IMG/VR virus record: IMGVR_UViG_2690316296_000007
Coordinates: 1 to 41,346 of that record
Length of the DNA stretch: 41,346 nt
Source of the DNA: a virus
Taxonomy: Duplodnaviria; Heunggongvirae; Uroviricota; Caudoviricetes
Reading direction: 5' to 3' (one strand)
Below the pieces are notes generated by a model. The model did no database searches. It saw only the letters and a list, made by a program, of their open reading frames with translations, and was not told the DNA's origin. Positions 37,841 through 41,346 of the stretch are shown here, piece by piece (positions within the stretch are counted from its first letter, which is position 1; every line of letters begins with the position of its first letter). A program made the position numbers and the translations under genes.

Positions 37841-38193
37841 ATGTTTTCGAAATGGAAGGGTTTCTTCGTGGGAGATGTGTACCGCGAGATCTGAAAGTGA
37901 ATGAAACGGATGCTGAATACCTGGTGCGTAAATTCGATGCGCTTGAAGCTAAATGTGCAGCACAGGAAAACAAAGTAATACCAGTGTCAACTGAACTGCC
38001 ACCAGCAAATGAAAGTGTTTTGTTATTCGATGCTAACGGAGAAGGCTGGCTAATTGGCTGGCGTTCTCTCTGGTACACCTGGGGACAAAAAGAAACCGGA
38101 GAATGGCAGTGGACATTTCAGGTCGGGGACCTTGAAAACGTCAATATCACTCACTGGGCAGTAATGCCAAAAGCACCGGAGGCTGGAGCATAA
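37831..38193 (+). CDS. DUF551-like phage protein
   Basis: 120-aa ORF with W-rich C-terminus (WLIGWRSLWYTWGQ ... HWAVMPKAPE). Confidence 0.6.
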   Translation: MRMNVFEMEGFLRGRCVPRDLKVNETDAEYLVRKFDALEAKCAAQENKVIPVSTELPPANESVLLFDANGEGWLIGWRSLWYTWGQKETGEWQWTFQVGDLENVNITHWAVMPKAPEAGA

Positions 38194-38498
38194 TGACCAC
38201 TTTTACCGACAAAGAACTGATTAAAGAAATTAAAGAGCGTATCAGCAGCCTTGACGTGCGAGACGATATTGAGCGCCGTGCTTATGAAATCGCACTCCTA
38301 TCTCTGGAAGTAGAACCAGATGAACGCGAAGCTTATGAATTATTCATGGAAAAGCGTTTTGGTGACTTAGTAGATCGTCGGAGAGCAAAAAACGGCGATA
38401 ACGAATACATGGCATGGGATATGACTCTCGGTTGGATCGTCTGGCAGCAACGAGCTGGTATCCATTTCTCAACAATGTCACAGCAAGAGGTGAAATAA
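38193..38498 (+). CDS. Hypothetical early protein
   Basis: 101-aa ORF translationally coupled to its neighbours. Confidence 0.45.
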   Translation: MTTFTDKELIKEIKERISSLDVRDDIERRAYEIALLSLEVEPDEREAYELFMEKRFGDLVDRRRAKNGDNEYMAWDMTLGWIVWQQRAGIHFSTMSQQEVK

Positions 38499-38848
38499 TG
38501 GAGCCATACAGCCTCACACTCGATGAGGCCTGTCATTTTCTCAAGATATCCAGACCGACTGCCATTAACTGGATACGCACAGGGCGTCTTCAGGCAACAC
38601 GCAAAGATCCCACTAAGAATAAATCTCCTTACCTCACAACACGACAAGCCTGCATTGCGGCTCTTCAGTCTCCGCTGCATACTGTCCAGGTGAGCGCGGG
38701 TGATGGCATAACAGAGGAAAGAAAATGTCACTCTTCCGCAGAGGTGAAATATGGTACGCCAGTTTCACATTGCCGAACGGTAAAAGATTTAAACAGTCTC
38801 TTGGAACAAAGGACAAAAGGCAGGCGACAGAACTCCATGACAAGCTAA
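38498..38848 (+). CDS. Excisionase-like DNA-binding protein (AlpA/Xis type)
   Basis: [29 protein letters not shown]; ATG at 38498 preceded by AAGAGG; the 3' portion overlaps the integrase start, so the true stop is uncertain. Confidence 0.55.
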   Translation: MEPYSLTLDEACHFLKISRPTAINWIRTGRLQATRKDPTKNKSPYLTTRQACIAALQSPLHTVQVSAGDGITEERKCHSSAEVKYGTPVSHCRTVKDLNSLLEQRTKGRRQNSMTS

Positions 38849-39888
38849 AGGCTGAAGCATGGCGGGTCAGCAAACTTGGTGAAATACCTGATATAACGTT
38901 CGAGGAAGCGTGTGTCAGGTGGCTTGAAGAGAAAGCACATAAAAAATCACTGGACGATGACAAAAGCCGGATCGGATTCTGGCTTCAACATTTCGCAGGA
39001 ATGCAACTAAGAGACATTACTGAATCAAAAATTTATTCAGCAATGCAGAAAATGACGAACCGGCGTCATGAGGAAAACTGGAAACTCAGGGCAGAAGCAT
39101 GCAGAAAAAAAGGGAAACCTGTTCCAGAATACACGCCAAAACCAGCGTCCGTTGCAACGAAGGCTACGCATCTTTCATTTATAAAGGCCCTACTAAGAGC
39201 CGCAGAGCGTGAATGGAAAATGCTGGATAAGGCACCAATTATTAAAGTGCCTCAACCAAAGAATAAACGGATCCGCTGGCTGGAGCCCCATGAAGCACAA
39301 AGGCTGATTGATGAATGTCCGGAGCCATTAAAGTCTGTTGTTGAATTTGCACTGGCAACAGGCTTAAGACGCTCGAACATCATCAACCTTGAATGGCAAC
39401 AAATAGATATGCAGCGCCGGGTGGCATGGATAAACCCGGAAGAGAGTAAATCAAACCGCGCAATTGGCGTTGCGCTGAATGATACTGCATGTCGCGTATT
39501 GAAAAAACAAATCGGGAATCATCACCGTTGGGTATTTGTGTACAAGGAAAGCTGTACCAAACCAGACGGAACGAAAGCGCCAACAGTAAGGAAGATGCGG
39601 TATGACGCAAACACAGCCTGGAAAGCGGCGCTGAGACGGGCTGGTATTGATGATTTCAGATTTCACGACTTGAGACACACCTGGGCAAGTTGGCTGGTTC
39701 AAGCCGGAGTCCCGTTGTCAGTGTTACAGGAAATGGGAGGCTGGGAGTCTATCGAAATGGTTCGTCGATATGCTCACCTTGCACCTAATCACCTTACCGA
39801 ACACGCACGGCAAATAGACTCGATCCTGAACCCATCGGTCCCAAATTTGTCCCAGTCAAAAAATAAGGAAGGTACTAATGATGTGTAA
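38725..39888 (+). CDS. Tyrosine integrase
   Basis: 387 aa; N-terminal arm-binding region ([22 protein letters not shown]); C-terminal [39 protein letters not shown] with catalytic Tyr. Confidence 0.9.
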   Translation: MSLFRRGEIWYASFTLPNGKRFKQSLGTKDKRQATELHDKLKAEAWRVSKLGEIPDITFEEACVRWLEEKAHKKSLDDDKSRIGFWLQHFAGMQLRDITESKIYSAMQKMTNRRHEENWKLRAEACRKKGKPVPEYTPKPASVATKATHLSFIKALLRAAEREWKMLDKAPIIKVPQPKNKRIRWLEPHEAQRLIDECPEPLKSVVEFALATGLRRSNIINLEWQQIDMQRRVAWINPEESKSNRAIGVALNDTACRVLKKQIGNHHRWVFVYKESCTKPDGTKAPTVRKMRYDANTAWKAALRRAGIDDFRFHDLRHTWASWLVQAGVPLSVLQEMGGWESIEMVRRYAHLAPNHLTEHARQIDSILNPSVPNLSQSKNKEGTNDV

Positions 39889-39902
39889 CTTATTGATTTT
39901 AA

Positions 39903-39978
39903 TGGTGCCGATAATAGGAGTCGAACCTACGACCTTCGCATTACGAATGCGCTGCTCTACCAACTGAGCTATATCGGC
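39903..39978 (-). tRNA. thrW: tRNA-Thr (anticodon CGU)
   Basis: 76-nt cloverleaf GCCGATATAGCTCAGTTGGTAGAGCAGCGCATTCGTAATGCGAAGGTCGTAGGTTCGACTCCTATTATCGGCACCA; anticodon loop TT-CGT-AA; 3' CCA end faces the integrase. Confidence 0.9.
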
Positions 39979-40092
39979 CCTGAAAGGACATGTTCACGAA
40001 CGTGAATCACGGTGGACAAGGTTAAAACTAACCGGGCGATGCGTCAATGGCCTTGTGAATCAAATGGCTACTTTTGCATCACCCGGTTTTAT

Positions 40093-41346
40093 TTACGCAC
40101 GAATGGTGTAATCACCAATGCCGATCCACTTGTAAGTGGTCAGTGCTTCCAGCCCCATTGGGCCACGCGCGTGGAGTTTTTGTGTGCTTACCGCCACTTC
40201 CGCACCCAGACCAAACTGGCCGCCGTCGGTAAAACGCGTAGAGGCGTTAACGTAAACAGCGGACGAATCCACTTCGTTAACAAAACGCTGGGCGTTGCGC
40301 ATATCGCGGGTCAGGATCGCATCGGAGTGTTGTGTGCCGTGTTCACGAATATGGGCGATGGCATCGTCAAGATCGCTGACGATTTTGACGTTCAAATCTA
40401 ATGACAGAAACTCATCGTCATACTCTTCGGCTTTAACAGCAACCACCTTCGCAGGGCCTGCCTGCAACTGCGCCAGTGCAGCTGCATCTGCGTGTAATGT
40501 CACGCCGCTTTCCGCCATTTGTTTGCTTAATGCGGGCAGGAAGCTATCGGCGATGTTTTTATTCACCAGCAACGTTTCAACCGTATTACATGTGCTCGGA
40601 CGCTGAGTTTTCGCGTTGACGATCACTTTTAATGCTTCAGCGATCTCTACACTTTCATCAACGTAAATATGGCATACGCCTATACCACCTGTGATCACCG
40701 GGATTGTCGACTGTTCACGGCACAGTTTATGCAAACCAGCGCCACCACGCGGGATCAGCATGTCGATGTATTTATCCATACGCAGCATTTCACTGACCAG
40801 CGCACGGTCAGGATTATCAATCGCCTGCACGGCACCCGCCGGTAAGCCACAGGATTTCAGGGCGTCCTGAATCACCGCCACCGTTGCCGCGTTAGTGCGA
40901 CAGGTTTCTTTGCCACCACGCAGGATCACCGCATTACCGGTTTTCAGGCACAGCGAAGCGACATCAACCGTCACGTTCGGGCGCGCTTCATAAATCACGC
41001 CAATCACCCCCAGCGGCACGCGACGACGCTCAAGACGCAGGCCGCTGTCCAGTACGCTGCCATCGATTACCTGCCCCACCGGATCGGCGAGGTTACACAC
41101 CTGGCGCACATCATCGGCAATGCCTTTCAGCCGTGCGGGCGTCAGTGCCAGACGGTCAAGCATCGCTTCGCCAAGGCCATTGGCACGCGCGTCAGCAACA
41201 TCCTGGGCGTTAGCGTTGAGGATGATTTCGCTTTGTGCTTCCAGTTCATCGGCGATTTTTTCCAGCACGCGATTTTTTTCGCGGCTGGAGAGTTGCGCTA
41301 ATTTATACGAGGCTTGCTTCGCGGCAATGCCCATTTGTTCCAGCAT
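40093..41346 (-). CDS. proA: Gamma-glutamyl phosphate reductase
   Basis: 417-aa [45 protein letters not shown]... matching enterobacterial ProA as recalled; host gene flanking thrW. Confidence 0.95.
   Translation of the reverse strand: MLEQMGIAAKQASYKLAQLSSREKNRVLEKIADELEAQSEIILNANAQDVADARANGLGEAMLDRLALTPARLKGIADDVRQVCNLADPVGQVIDGSVLDSGLRLERRRVPLGVIGVIYEARPNVTVDVASLCLKTGNAVILRGGKETCRTNAATVAVIQDALKSCGLPAGAVQAIDNPDRALVSEMLRMDKYIDMLIPRGGAGLHKLCREQSTIPVITGGIGVCHIYVDESVEIAEALKVIVNAKTQRPSTCNTVETLLVNKNIADSFLPALSKQMAESGVTLHADAAALAQLQAGPAKVVAVKAEEYDDEFLSLDLNVKIVSDLDDAIAHIREHGTQHSDAILTRDMRNAQRFVNEVDSSAVYVNASTRFTDGGQFGLGAEVAVSTQKLHARGPMGLEALTTYKWIGIGDYTIRA

Larger units (their letters stand above)
1..39902. 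mobile_element. Prophage, partial in window (right end at thrW; left end not reached): lambdoid regulation and lysis, HK97-like head, Mu-like contractile tail, e14-like invertible fibre segment
   Basis: Continuous run of integrase, excisionase, CI/Cro, replication, Q, lysis, terminase, portal, capsid, sheath/tube, baseplate, tail-fibre and invertase genes; integrase ends 15 bp from the tRNA-Thr 3' end; no direct repeat of the tRNA 3' end found inside the window. Confidence 0.85.

Noticed and set aside
39979-40092. Palindrome GTTCACGAACGTGAA between thrW and proA as a possible attachment site
   Set aside because: It lies on the host side, upstream of the tRNA 5' end, so it is more likely part of the tRNA promoter or proA terminator region
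1-41346. CRISPR arrays, rRNA genes, IS elements or transposases
   Set aside because: No regularly spaced short direct repeats, no rRNA-like sequence, and no transposase-like ORF or terminal inverted repeats were seen; the only mobile machinery is the integrase and the invertase

Overview
The window holds a nearly complete mosaic prophage (1..39902) integrated at the 3' end of tRNA-Thr(CGU) (thrW, 39903..39978, minus) beside host proA (40093..41346, minus). Calls rest on reading the six-frame translations and the DNA by eye; no database search was run. From right to left the prophage has: tyrosine integrase and excisionase; a plus-strand early-left operon (HD phosphohydrolase, DUF551); a lambda-like immunity region with divergent CI (S24 repressor) and Cro, palindromic operators with GTACC half-sites, and a pL-like promoter; a minus-strand early-right operon (replication initiator with internal iterons, LexA-DNA-binding-domain-only protein, RusA, KilA-N, DUF968, QuuD-like antiterminator Q); a lysis cassette (holin, lambda R-like endolysin, Rz/Rz1); HK97-type packaging and head genes (HNH, TerS, TerL, portal, protease, capsid); a Mu-like contractile tail (sheath, tube, frameshifted chaperone, tape measure, baseplate); and an e14-like Pin-invertible tail-fibre segment. 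AT-rich cargo of unknown function sits at five recombination hot spots: (1) a promoter-to-terminator two-gene cassette between Q and the holin (273-aa soluble protein plus 161-aa four-TM protein, RexA/RexB-like in layout only); (2) a two-gene cassette between HNH and Rz1, the second with a possible PD-(D/E)xK signature; (3) a secreted-protein moron in the tail operon; (4) an antisense 144-aa gene and a ~450-nt structured GC-rich non-coding island in the immunity region; (5) past pin, where e14 carries mcrA, three cassettes separated by a repeated hairpin motif, including a 459-aa zinc-ribbon plus RES-domain protein and a 432-aa protein with an Rx4H (HEPN-like) motif. These are candidate anti-phage or abortive-infection systems. 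No CRISPR array, rRNA or IS transposase was seen.
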